This document shows, one piece after another, positions 52,846-64,000 of a stretch of DNA of 64,000 nucleotides. Position 1 is the stretch's first letter. The number at the start of each line of letters is the position of its first letter. The stretch lies in the NCBI GenBank assembly GCA_032718475.1, contig JAUCBJ010004529.1, positions 10,957-74,956 of the forward strand, given 5' to 3'. The notes under the pieces are model-generated. The model was not told where the DNA came from and did no database searches. It was given only the letters and a program-made list of their open reading frames with translations. The translations under genes were made by a program, and so were the position numbers. This DNA comes from Nemertoderma westbladi (Eukaryota; Animalia; Xenacoelomorpha).

Positions 52846-53819
52846 TCTGACCCGTATACCTATGCCCAGCCCATTGCTGCATATGAAAGAACTATGACTG
52901 GACTTTTACTATTACTCAGCGTGGCATACCACGCTGAGTAATAGTAAAAGTCCAAGAACAATCCCAGCAGAATTGTTTTTCATTTCTTACTGTAAGTAAT
53001 GTAAGAAGATTCCAACCACTTACAAACCTCGCTCAACAAAGCATCCCTCTCATTGGTCGGTGATCATTGTATATTTATGGATATGGACAAGAATATTTTC
53101 TATTTATTTTTACATAGTTTACATATTCTTTTACCAGTATAATTAATTTATCATTATTATTTCCATCGTTTGAATTTATCATTATGTTATTTATTTGTTT
53201 GATTTCGCTACCATGTGATATTTATTGAGGTTGCTATGCTGCTATGTAAGTAATCGTTTCTGCTAATACATGTGACTAGAATGTTTAAGGATCCACCCCC
53301 TTATTCACACACATTATATCATTATTTCGCAAAAATCGAGATGAGGCACTTATGTAATAAAGAAATTATCGATCTGTAACCATCTCGAAATCAATTTGCT
53401 ATCGTTCCATTCCATTATGAGAGACAGACAGAATGCTGACTGACATAGAAAGTATGCCCTCCTGGCACCAATCAGCATGACGCCTGACAGTAGATGCAAG
53501 CTGTTTCCACCACTTTATATTTGATATATATTATATATATTATTTGTTTTTCGGCAATCCAATAGGTGTCCTCGCGTTACGGCTAATGTCGCGTTACGGC
53601 TAATTTTTTGGGAGAGGACCCGTAACGCGACTTTCAAGGTTGCGGTACGGCTACTCTGAAAGTCGCGTTACGGTTACTTGTCGCGTTACGGCTAATCTAT
53701 TGTACCATCTTTCCTATGTTCTTCGACAACCTCACATTCAATATATTGTATTCTGTGGGGAACCACCGGTATCCTTAGTTACAATCTCAAGCACAGGTAC
53801 GGATTACGTTCAGATTTGA

Positions 53820-54188
53820 ATTTACTTTTATTTTGTTATTCCCGAGCACAGTTGAAGGTCCAGCTGCATTGGGAGGGGGGTGTTGATCCTGACTGGCATG
53901 TTGGTGTAGTACAAAGTACACCACCCCTTTGCGGCTGAACCATACATACACAACCCACCATCGAACCAAATGCCATACGCGGCCGATGACTGGCTAATTC
54001 AAGAGCTTTAGTTTTAGATACTTTTGATTATTATAATGATAAATTCAAAGCGCAATATTTCGGCAATATACTTATAACTTTTTGTCTGGCACAGCTTTTG
54101 CAAAGTCGGCAATGACGTCCAGGTGGGATCGAACTGGTGACCTCCGGATTGGAAGTCTAACGATCTAACCATTCGGCTAGTGGCTCAG
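53820..54188 (-). mobile_element. tRNA-derived SINE
   Basis: Minus strand head with A-box-like TAGCCGAATGG, CTTCCAA loop and B-box GTTCGATCC; stems pair poorly; body ends in an A-rich tail. Confidence 0.6.
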
Positions 54189-55539
54189 GTAAAAGATAAA
54201 CCTGGAAATACTACGTATCTGAGACATTGTATGTCCGCAAATTACCTCCACATGGACTCCCATCTGTCAATACCATCATATGCTGCTACTGTGCGCAACC
54301 CTACCGTACTTAGCCGTCTTTAACCACTCGCTACAAAGAAAGGGTACTCTATATAGCAATATTCTGATATACTTTCGACCCATATTGCGATATCTACTCC
54401 CATATACCTATTAATTACTGTGGTACTCAATACAGCAATAATAATACAGTAATTAGAAAATTAAGTTTTTACAGTTATAATCCCCCCCTGGATTGGATAC
54501 TCCCATACTGTAAAACATTATTACATTAAATTTTTCGAACCTTTCTCACCTGTACGTAAACACCATAGAACAATATTGATATTAATTTCCTAAGTAAAAC
54601 CAATACAATAGCGTTACGGCAAAAAGTAACCGCGACTTTTTGAGTAGCCGTACCTCGACTTTCAAAGTCGCGTTACGGCTACTCTGAGAATTAGCGGTAA
54701 TGCGAATTTCCGTAGCGCGACAGTAGCCGTACCGCCACTGCGTCATCCAATATATTATGAAATGTTTGTGGCGCCTTTACACTTATCATGGTATGAATCG
54801 GCATCAATGTATCTAAACCTGCCGCAATTGCAATATACAGTATATACAAGCCCTGGTATAATAGCAAAGACCTACTAGCAGATTCTACCGGTCGGTACAA
54901 AGCAACGGCAAAATGGTAAAATTTGCAGTAAATTCTGACTTGGTAGGTATATTATTTTTTACTATACTATACTTTACTATACTTTTTACTTTTACTATAA
55001 CTGAAAAATTTCACGACAAAATTAAACTTTATTTACAACAAAATTTTCATATGAAGTTTTATCAATAACAATTTCGTAATCAGACTTGGTCGAAGTTATA
55101 GCAAGTTATAGCGGTTGCAGTTGCTTATACCAGTACAGTCTGCTAGTTGATCAGTATTGGGTGGGTTGCAGAGTTACCCGGCAGTTCGGATGGTTCTGCC
55201 ACAATGAAACGGCCCAGAACGATGGAAACTGTGGAGATTAAGAGCGTTTCTATTGTGCTGTAGTCTGACTCAAAGGATAAAAACAGCATAGGCCTAGTAC
55301 CGGTATCTTTATTGGTCTTATAGGTGGCAGGCCTACGGCTTGTCAGGTTGTTTGGAAACTTGGTGGAAATATGATAATGAAAATCACCATGAAAACAAAT
55401 TTGATTTTATGAGCATATGGATTTTTTGGGATGCTGATCACAAATATGACATTTAAAAATATCCTACCTTTTTGATTAGGGTATTTTTGAATATGTGTCA
55501 ATGTGCGGCACGAAAAATACAAGTAGCACAATTTTGATA

Positions 55540-57830
55540 AGAGAGGTGATTTGCTGGCAGAGGAATTAAAGATTAAATTCGAATTACCCGATCTGAAACC
55601 TTTCGAGTTCATAGGAGAACATCCGGAGGAATTCATACAGTTTAAACAATCTTTTATGATGGAAATTTATAACAAAAATATGACCGAGAACAGAAAATGA
55701 AACATCAGCTGGCATATACAGCATCAACAGCGCATGGAGTGGCGAAACAATATGTCGGACTGACAGATGGATTGGATCAAGCCTGGAAGGCATTGGAAAG
55801 AAGATTCGGGAACCCAGGGAAAATCCTACAGGTGACCGTTAATAAATTAGTAGTAAATGCAAACTTAGTATCAATCCCTGAACTTTAGACATTTACTGAA
55901 AGAGTGAACAAATCAATAATAGCCCTGGAGAAATTAGGAATGCCGCACGAACTAAACGCCACTCATAACATGAGGGCTTTAGTTGACTTATTACCATTGT
56001 ACATCAGGAACTCGTGGCGGAAGGAAGCAGCTAATATTAGATTGAAGTGAGGTACAGAAACACAATTAAAAGAGTTAGGAGGTTTCGTAACTGACCAAAT
56101 TGAGATCATAGATGACCCAGTATATAGATAAGAATCATTACCGAGTAATAACAAGCCCAGGGAGGCAAAGAAGAAGAAGAAACAAGAAGACAGGGAATCA
56201 GCAGTACATGTAGTCTAGTCAGTAGTACAAGTGAGATGCTGCCAGAAATAGTAAGAAAAACCACCGCAAACACATTTAGAATCTGTGACATTCATGCCAG
56301 GTGCTACTTACACCCGACAACAGACAGCCAGAAGCTGAGAGAATGGATAACCTGTAAAGAGTTTTCACCCAGTGACCAATGGGATTATATAAAACAGAAC
56401 GGCTTATGCAGCTGGTGCCTATGGCATGGGCATATAGCAAAGGGATATAGAGAGAAACGGAACAACTTTAGAAATAATAGAAGTAGAAGTGCAGACAACT
56501 ACGGGGATCGAATATATGTTGGTAATAGTGAACAGAGAGGAAGATCTAGATAAAGAGACTACAGTGGAAGAAATAATTATTCCGACTATAATAGTGATTA
56601 TTCGCACAATAGGATAAATTATTCAGATGGTAGGAGTTAATCAAATAACAGAAGTAATTACTCAGATTATAGGAGAGATTATTCATGTGACTATAGACGG
56701 GACTATAATAACGAACAGAAGAGAGATTATCCGAGTAGAGAGATACAAAGGGAAGACGAACCATCATGGCAAAACCTACAGAACCGAGTTAATGATTGCG
56801 AAATAATTACGAAACGAGTGGGAACTCGATCCTCAGTAACCAAGTGAACTGTGTACTTAAAGATCGTACCAGTATTATTAACTTCAGATAGATATAAACA
56901 AGGAATAACAACCTACGCGTTATTAGACGAAGGAGCGTCATCGACACTAATTACGACATAAATTAGTGATAGACTCCGACTTTAGGGAGAAGAAATTATA
57001 ATGAATTTAGAAACGGTAGGAAATAGAATAGAAAAAGTTCCATCACGATTGGTTGACGTTAATATATCAGCAATAGAAGGGAGAGGCAACTTCAGTATTC
57101 TAGCCAATGAAACGGCAACAACTAAACTAGGGATCAGTGCAGCGCAACCCAACGTAAAAAAAAACAGCACAATACGACCACCTGCGAGATATGAGTATGA
57201 ACCGGTCGACGACGGTGACGAAACAGAAATTAAATCAAAAGGAACACTAAAGAAAACTGAAGGTATATACCATATGAGAAACCTTACGACTATTTAGCAA
57301 GAATCAGAACCGATAGAACCAACGAATCAGACGGCCTCTACAGTGCCGAGTAAGATGACCTTTATAAAAAAAAAACATAATGACGATACGGCCTATTTCG
57401 TGTCGAACACCAAAACTGCTGCATCAGCACCGGGAGTAGGGACAGCCCAGTCAGCGCCGATATAGATAAATTGAAACCCAAATTAAAAGTCAATATAGAA
57501 GAAATACCAATGAAATATTCTATGAGACAACAGATTACGTCAAATCCCAAGAAACGACAAAGTAATAAGAACACTGATTATGGAGTATTTATTAGTCCCC
57601 ATTGCATGAGGATGAACACACAAAATGGGGGGAGTTATATGGGAAACAATAGGAAGTTTCAAAGAATAAATGAAACCACGCATTGACCACAGAGACCGAA
57701 AGGAAATATATTGAACTCCAGGAAGGAAGTAAGATTGAAAGTTTAACAATTATTACAACTCCAATTATCAGGATTTATATGTGTATTATAGATTCCATGA
57801 CGCGGACTTTGAGGGAACAGGCTCAATAAA
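55540..57830 (+). mobile_element. Decayed BEL/Pao LTR retrotransposon (gag, zinc knuckle, protease relics)
   Basis: ELPDLKPFEFIGE..EFIQFKQSF; AWKALERRFGNP (DUF1759-like gag); NGLCSWCLWHGHIAK; TYALLDEGASSTLI (aspartic protease); many stops; RT not seen. Confidence 0.8.
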
Positions 57831-58619
57831 GCTTAGAGAGAGAGATACGGGGTGCGAGAAAGATATTATTGGACGCATTCTCGTTGGATGAAACATACTA
57901 CAATATAAAGAAATAATAATGAAATAAAGTAGGAAATTTTATATTAGGCCCTAGGATTATTATAGGAAATTAGGAAGATAATATTATATAAATAAATATT
58001 AATTAATTAGGTAGACTCCAGGCTAAATAATATGTAGTGATTGTTAGCTGACGAGATATGATGTATAAATGATGTGACATACGTTGACAAAACATAATAT
58101 GGTGACATATGATTTATGAAAATGAGATTAGAGATGACATAAGACATATGACATACAGTAGGAATGAAGCAATGAATAATAAAGTACGATAAATTAATTT
58201 TAAAATAATGATGGATGGGTATTTAAACCCATATAGAAAGTCAGATGAAAGGGAATTCAAGTAAATCCCATACAATTACGGCGGTTTAACTGCAGAAGAA
58301 GCTGAAGCTGGTACAATGGACGTGGCTATATTTTATTTATTTAGAGCTACGTAGAATAAGTCTATTTACAGCCAAAAGAGAGATGAAGATATAGTAACTA
58401 ATTCACAGTTACGCCAGAATTAATTGACATTTTTGTTGATAAATATATTTTGCTAATAAAAGTCGGCCGAAGTTGAATCCAAAGTGAATTCAACTATAAC
58501 ATAAGGAATAACATAATGAAAATAATATAATGACTGAAGTGAAGTGATTTGAACAGTTGATAATTGAACGACACAGACTTCAGCCGTTAAGCCATAGGGA
58601 TTATGCAGAATGTCTGACC

Positions 58620-58830
58620 AATTATTTCCAGTGCTGTCCCCCCAGAACTATACTCCCCAGAGGAAACTCCAGTACTCATTTAGCTACCATTCAAGGATGC
58701 AAGGCAGATGTGCGCCATGGCTAGTCCCTTTAAAGCATTTGTGTCGAAAAAGAAAACTATCATGGCCCATGTGAGGATCGAACCCACTATCTACGGGAGA
58801 TGTGAATTCAATGTAAGTGCAACGCTGCCA
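58620..58830 (-). mobile_element. tRNA-derived SINE fragment with Nin/Deu-like core
   Basis: B-box GGTTCGATCC on the minus strand (~58775-58786); CCAGTACTCATTTAGCT resembles the Nin/Deu SINE core. Confidence 0.45.
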
Positions 58831-60169
58831 GTAGTGTCATATAGCAGCATATGTACAGTCCCTCTTCTCGGAAACGAGGCCTGCTAGATGGGCCATGAAA
58901 CGGTGACACTATGTTAACCTCTGCTATGTATTGTAAGGGAACTCATCCAGTAAAGGTCACTAGAGGGATATCTTTCGTTGGTGTGTGTGAGATAATCGAA
59001 AGACCCTTATACGATCCCTTAGCCTTAAGTAGAATGCCTACCTCCCTTCCCATGTGACTTACGGTTTCACTCAGGGAACCTGCCGTCGGTCCACGACAGG
59101 CCTGTCGAGGATTTGTGTTAGACCCCGGAATCAGTGTAACAAATAAGAGGGTTCAGTTTGACTTGTAGTATAAAGGCATTTACTAGATAATAGCTAATAT
59201 CTCTCACCAATAATATCTATTGCACGTACGTATGGTGCGAAGTAGCGTAATACCAATAACACAATAATATAAGGTACAGTAATATAGGTTAAGTAATATG
59301 AGAGAGTTATAGAGAGGTAACATTTAATGTAGAAATGCACCTAAGAAATGAAGTTCTTAATCAGAAACACAATATTATATACACCGCAATATTGACAATA
59401 ATCACTACTCACACCTGACTAATCTCAAATAATAATCCAAATAACACCTTCGCCTGTTAATACACCAAAGTGTTACCTACCCTCTATCTTTCAGGAGTGA
59501 GTAGTTCCCAGTAAAACCCCCAATCTATTAATAGTCCCTCCCTTTCATTGTTATAAGAAACCGCTTACATAGTCCTTACACCTCCTACAGTACTTATTGC
59601 ATCATTGTTTGTTTTGTCGATACGCAATATCTAATAGTGTGTTTTGGGCCTTGCTACTGTATGCGTCCACACCTTTCTTCTTGATTTTATTAACGCAATA
59701 ATTTTTATTGTCCATTTTTATCCTTTTTTTGTCAATTTTTTTTGATTTTTTATGTCATCCAAAAGTCTAATGTTAGGTTCCATGCTACCGGTTTCTCTAC
59801 TGATGTTCTCTCAGGCTATCAGTACCGGTTAGTATATATATAGCACTATTTTGCTGTATTGTATGTACAGATGTAGGTATAAAGCAGGTATTTCTGTATT
59901 TTAGTACCGGTACCGGCACTGGTACTGCTATAGGCCTACTGTGTAGCCTACCATTTAAATACGGTAATGGTAGGCCTACCGGTTGTGCTAATAAATTTTA
60001 AATAATTGATAGGCGAAACTGGATTGCAGGATTGTGGAAAATGTGGATATACCTTTCACATAATTTAGGCCTTACTGTATTAGTTTTATAATCAATAATG
60101 GATCATGACTACTGTCTGAGTAGTGTTACGGATAGCGGCTCCACTACTTCCAACAGCACAGAAGGCCCG

Positions 60170-60745
60170 CCTCTGTAACCTGCCCCTTTCCCTCAATTAG
60201 TTAAATGATCGTTTATTGTTTTGGTTAGAAAATCCCGTCTCTGTAACCTGCTCCTTTCCCTCATTTAGTTAAATGATCGTTTATTGTTTTGGTTAGAAAA
60301 TCCCGTCTCTGTAACCTGCTCCTTTCCCTGATTTGGTAAAGTGACTGTTTATTGTTTTGGTTAGAAAATCCCGCCTCTGTAACCTGCTCCTTTCCCTCAA
60401 TTAGTTTAAGTGATCGTTTATTGTTTCGGTTAGGAAATCCCGCCTCTGTAACCTGCTCCTTTCCCTCAATTGGTAATGTTATCGTTTATTGTTTTGGTTA
60501 GAAAATCCCGCCTCTGTAACCTGCTCCTTTCTCTCAATTGGTAATGTTATCGTTTATTGTTTTGGTTAGAAAATCCCGTCTCTGTAACCTGCTCCTTTCC
60601 CTCAATTAGTTAAATGATCGTTTATTGTTTTGGTTAGAAAATCCCGTCTCTGTAACCTGCTCCTTTCCCTGATTTGGTAAAGTGACTGTTTATTGTTTTG
60701 GTTAGAAAACTCGGCCTTAACCTGCTCCTTTCCATCAATTGGTAA
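60170..60745. repeat. ~60-bp tandem repeat, about 9.5 copies
   Basis: Unit GTTTATTGTTTTGGTTAGAAAATCCCGTCTCTGTAACCTGCTCCTTTCCCTCAATT(A/G)GT... Confidence 0.95.
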
Positions 60746-62343
60746 TTGTTTTTGGCTATAAAATGAGTGTTTTGCTACGTCATGTGGTAATCGATTATCG
60801 ACAACAACCACAAACTATTAAATATAGAGTCTTTTTACCACAGGCGCATATGGAAATCTATCTCATAGTCTATAAATCATGGAATCATGGAATGTTTTGG
60901 CACAGGCATAGTGAAATCAACTGTCTGACAGTCCAGAAATCAGCAGTCTGACAGTTTGAAGAAATACATACATAAAAAGTGACAATAAAAGTCATTAAAT
61001 GGACAACAAAAGTCATTATGCATAATTCGTAAAAAAAAAGTGACAAAAAAAGTCAAATAAATTGACATAAAAAATCACTGCCTGTTCGCGCTTTTGAAGA
61101 CCTTTAGCAGTTTAACCTGCCAAAATTTATATGTCTTTTAGTTAATTAACACACCTTTAGCATACGACAATATTTTATGCTAATAAACAAAACATTAGCC
61201 GAAGCCAGCCCATGCGCGATCATTCACCCGATGGATCTACACCCGGGAGGCTGAATTCGGATGCTTAGATTTTATTATTGCAGTGTAAGGTTGCAGTGTA
61301 AGCCTACTGTATTATTCGATTGATCGCTAATATGTAATTTCTGACAGATATTATTAACTTTCGGGAAATATTAACAGTTCCTTTAGGACGTGGCGCTCTA
61401 TCTATTTAAACAGAGCTAGGACTTATACTAAACGCAACGATAAGGCTTATGATTAAAGTATAAGTCGCATTCTTTAGGAAATGCTTTGTTACCAGTCACA
61501 TCACACTCACAATCATGCACACTATTCTGCCGACCGTCAGTATATTTGATCACACATAAAGAGAACAGCAATTGACTCAGGTAGTGTCTACTAAATAACA
61601 TTAGATTCAATACACACCACATTGATATAAATCGCAATTGTTATATATAGCCTGTCTCTCTAACCTGTAGTGTATCAAGAAATTGGGAAATTTGGGTGAT
61701 TTATCAATATTCTCCAAATGACAATATTTCATCAACAAATCGATACAATTAATAACTGACGGTAAATAGCAGTACAAACAATATGATTAGTGCAGTTAAA
61801 TTAAGTGAGGTAACACCGCCGGTAACAGTTATACTTTCTATAATCTAAGCAGTTTTTGCTAGAGTTGTTCCAAAAGCCGGTGTTATGGCGAAAAATGGGA
61901 ACACAACAACAGAAACATGTGACTACTGCTCTATACGAAGATACCAACTCCCTTATTCCACGAAGCTCCCGTTCAACACAGAGGATGAGCATAGAGATAG
62001 GAAATTCAGTTCAGTAGCGCTGGGATAGATCGAAATCAACGCCTACGCAAATTCTATTGGCCGACACGGACAGCAAGGCTTAGGCAACCTCTCTAGGCTA
62101 GTTGGCCGATTAAACTGAGCCCAGATATCTCCGTACAGCACATCAGCCAATAAGCTGGTAGCTTGCACTATTTTAGTTCTAAATCCCTTTGAGAGTATTC
62201 TAGCGACTGGGGGGGAACTGGCCAGCAAAGGCAAACGTATCAGTTATCCCACAAAAGCTTTTACACCGCTCCCAGAAAATGGGATTTAAGTCTATAAAAT
62301 ATACAAAATCACAGTTTCTAAAATATAAAAATACTCTAAACAG

Positions 62344-63793
62344 TTAGTCTTTCTTGCGCGGACGGCGTTTACGCAGTTTTTTAAAGCTAGCAAGAGTCCT
62401 TTTCTCTTTGGGACGAGCCACTTTACGAGGAGGGCTATAACTCCTGGGTGAAGGGTGCAATATGATTGCATCAGAAGGTATGGGATTGCGATCGGTATAT
62501 CCGCCGGTCGAAGTACCGGGTTGATTGACATCAACGTCCGGGGAGAGGGGTCTAACGGCTTTGAGAGCTCGTTTCAAGACAGCCGCTCTTACGGGTCCTT
62601 TACGAGTGGTCTGAACGAGGGCCGTGGGTGGAGCATAGGCAGTTAGAAACTTCCTTGGTTTAATGGTTCTTTCCAACTCGCGTTCGCGGGCTCTGTACTC
62701 GTAAGGCCGTCGATATACTTCCTGTAACTCGGGGTGTGAGTTGACAAATAAGTCTCCATAGGCCGGATCTTGACGGATAAAGTTTATTAAGTTGTACGAA
62801 TTGATGTCACTCGGATTAATGCTCCTGAGAAATTTGCGTACATATTTGGTTGAAATACATTATCCAACGCGCTTCAATAGTTCATAACTTGATAGGCGTG
62901 ATTTCTGCTCGACGGATGCAAACAAATAAGGATGGAACGCATAAACTCCTTTGTAAGCGCGTCCAGGATAATAGCGATGGCGTGAATCACAATGTAAATC
63001 AGCGTTCGCTTCCCAAGCTCTGATATAACGTAGTACAATCATTTCGTCTACGCTCTCTAAATCATGATTAAAGGGACAATCAAAGCTGGCGTGTCCTTTT
63101 AATTGACAATGATGGCATTGAGTCATAAATTGGGGGCAGACAGCAAAAATGTGCAAATTATTAAGCCGACAATATGCACAATAGATTTCCATCGACGGTT
63201 GCTCATGGAAATAGGAACAGATATCGTTGGTGTCCATAGACGTAATATGGTCTCTCGATGCGCACAGCCGACAACGTTGTCTAGAAACATAATTGGCATG
63301 GCGATAATCATACGCAGTAAGACACTGGGGACCTTGATACCATTCCAATATGTAGTCGCTATCGCTACTCCGAGACGTGAGGGGCTGAATCTCTTCAGAT
63401 TCTAGACATATTGGTTCGTCTTCCCAGTATGTTACGAATAGAATTTTCGTGATCTATTCTCGGTTTATCGTTACGACGCCGCTGGGTATGATATTTAAAT
63501 AGAACCATTTCCCCTTCGGTGTCTACATCGTCCGTATCATGTAAATCGATAGGATGGCCGGTAGTTAAGAAGTCCATATACGTACCATTACGATGCGTAT
63601 AGCGAGCGGTTAATTTTCGATAGTCCAATTCACGCGTAAGTTGCTCTTGGGACATCGGCGGTTCGATATAACGACCATCGTCCTCCGTAATAGTCGGATC
63701 GGCTTCACCGCGTATCAAGCTATCCACAAACGCTTGTAAAGGTAGAGTATATCGCTCTCTAATACCAAGGTCATCTTCTATCAATTCCGTCAT
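62344..63793 (-). pseudogene. Intronless ~480-codon gene of unknown function with three tandem zinc knuckles and a basic C-terminal tail; one premature stop and a probable frameshift
   Basis: ORFs 62860-63348 and 62344-62676 are in the same frame, which is open except for TAA at 62860-62862; that frame is also open up to ~63453, overlapping ORF 63395-63793. Motifs CRLC-x4-H-x9-C, CAYC-x5-H-x4-C, CHHC-x4-H-x4-C. Confidence 0.65.
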
Positions 63794-64000
63794 ATCTGCT
63801 ATCTGAGTTTATTAATATCAGTATGAGTTAATATTTAGGCAAGCGGGCGTCGCTGCCTACTAGTCTTTGCCCCCGGACAGTGGGTTTCTCAGCGCCGATG
63901 TACCGTGGTCGCGGTGTTTACGCCAACATGTAGCAACAGCACGACAACGATAACCGGCACAAGTCCCACCACTGTCCGTCCCAAAGGCTTGAATCCACGT

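Noticed and set aside
54115-54188. tRNA-Gly(TCC) gene
   Set aside because: Acceptor and anticodon stems do not pair properly; better explained as a SINE head.
60170-60745. CRISPR-like appearance of regular repeats (also 15595-15835, 27548-27792, 31215-31490)
   Set aside because: Units are head-to-tail without unique spacers, there are no cas genes, and the context is eukaryotic.

Overview
AT-rich eukaryotic DNA, most likely from an invertebrate animal; nothing here looks prokaryotic (no operons, rRNA or CRISPR). The window has one intact host gene, an uninterrupted 1250-codon FMN/Cappuccino-subtype formin (3287-7039, -). Almost everything else is nested transposon debris. DNA transposons: an Academ, a frameshifted hAT transposase, a Sola1, a 9-bp-TSD long-TIR (MULE-like) element, and Zator/Harbinger/hAT/piggyBac-type MITEs. 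Retroelements: RTE and other LINE fragments, tRNA-derived SINEs and a decayed BEL/Pao element. There are also several mini/microsatellites. Best candidates for follow-up: (1) a 32-bp perfect palindrome between 8-bp direct repeats that fits a P-element excision footprint; (2) a recently broken ~480-codon triple zinc-knuckle gene next to a possible LTR; (3) the intronless formin with a DEP-like insert; (4) an alpha-kinase relic; (5) a large fold-back element. All family assignments come from motif recognition by eye, not from database searches, and repeat boundaries are approximate.
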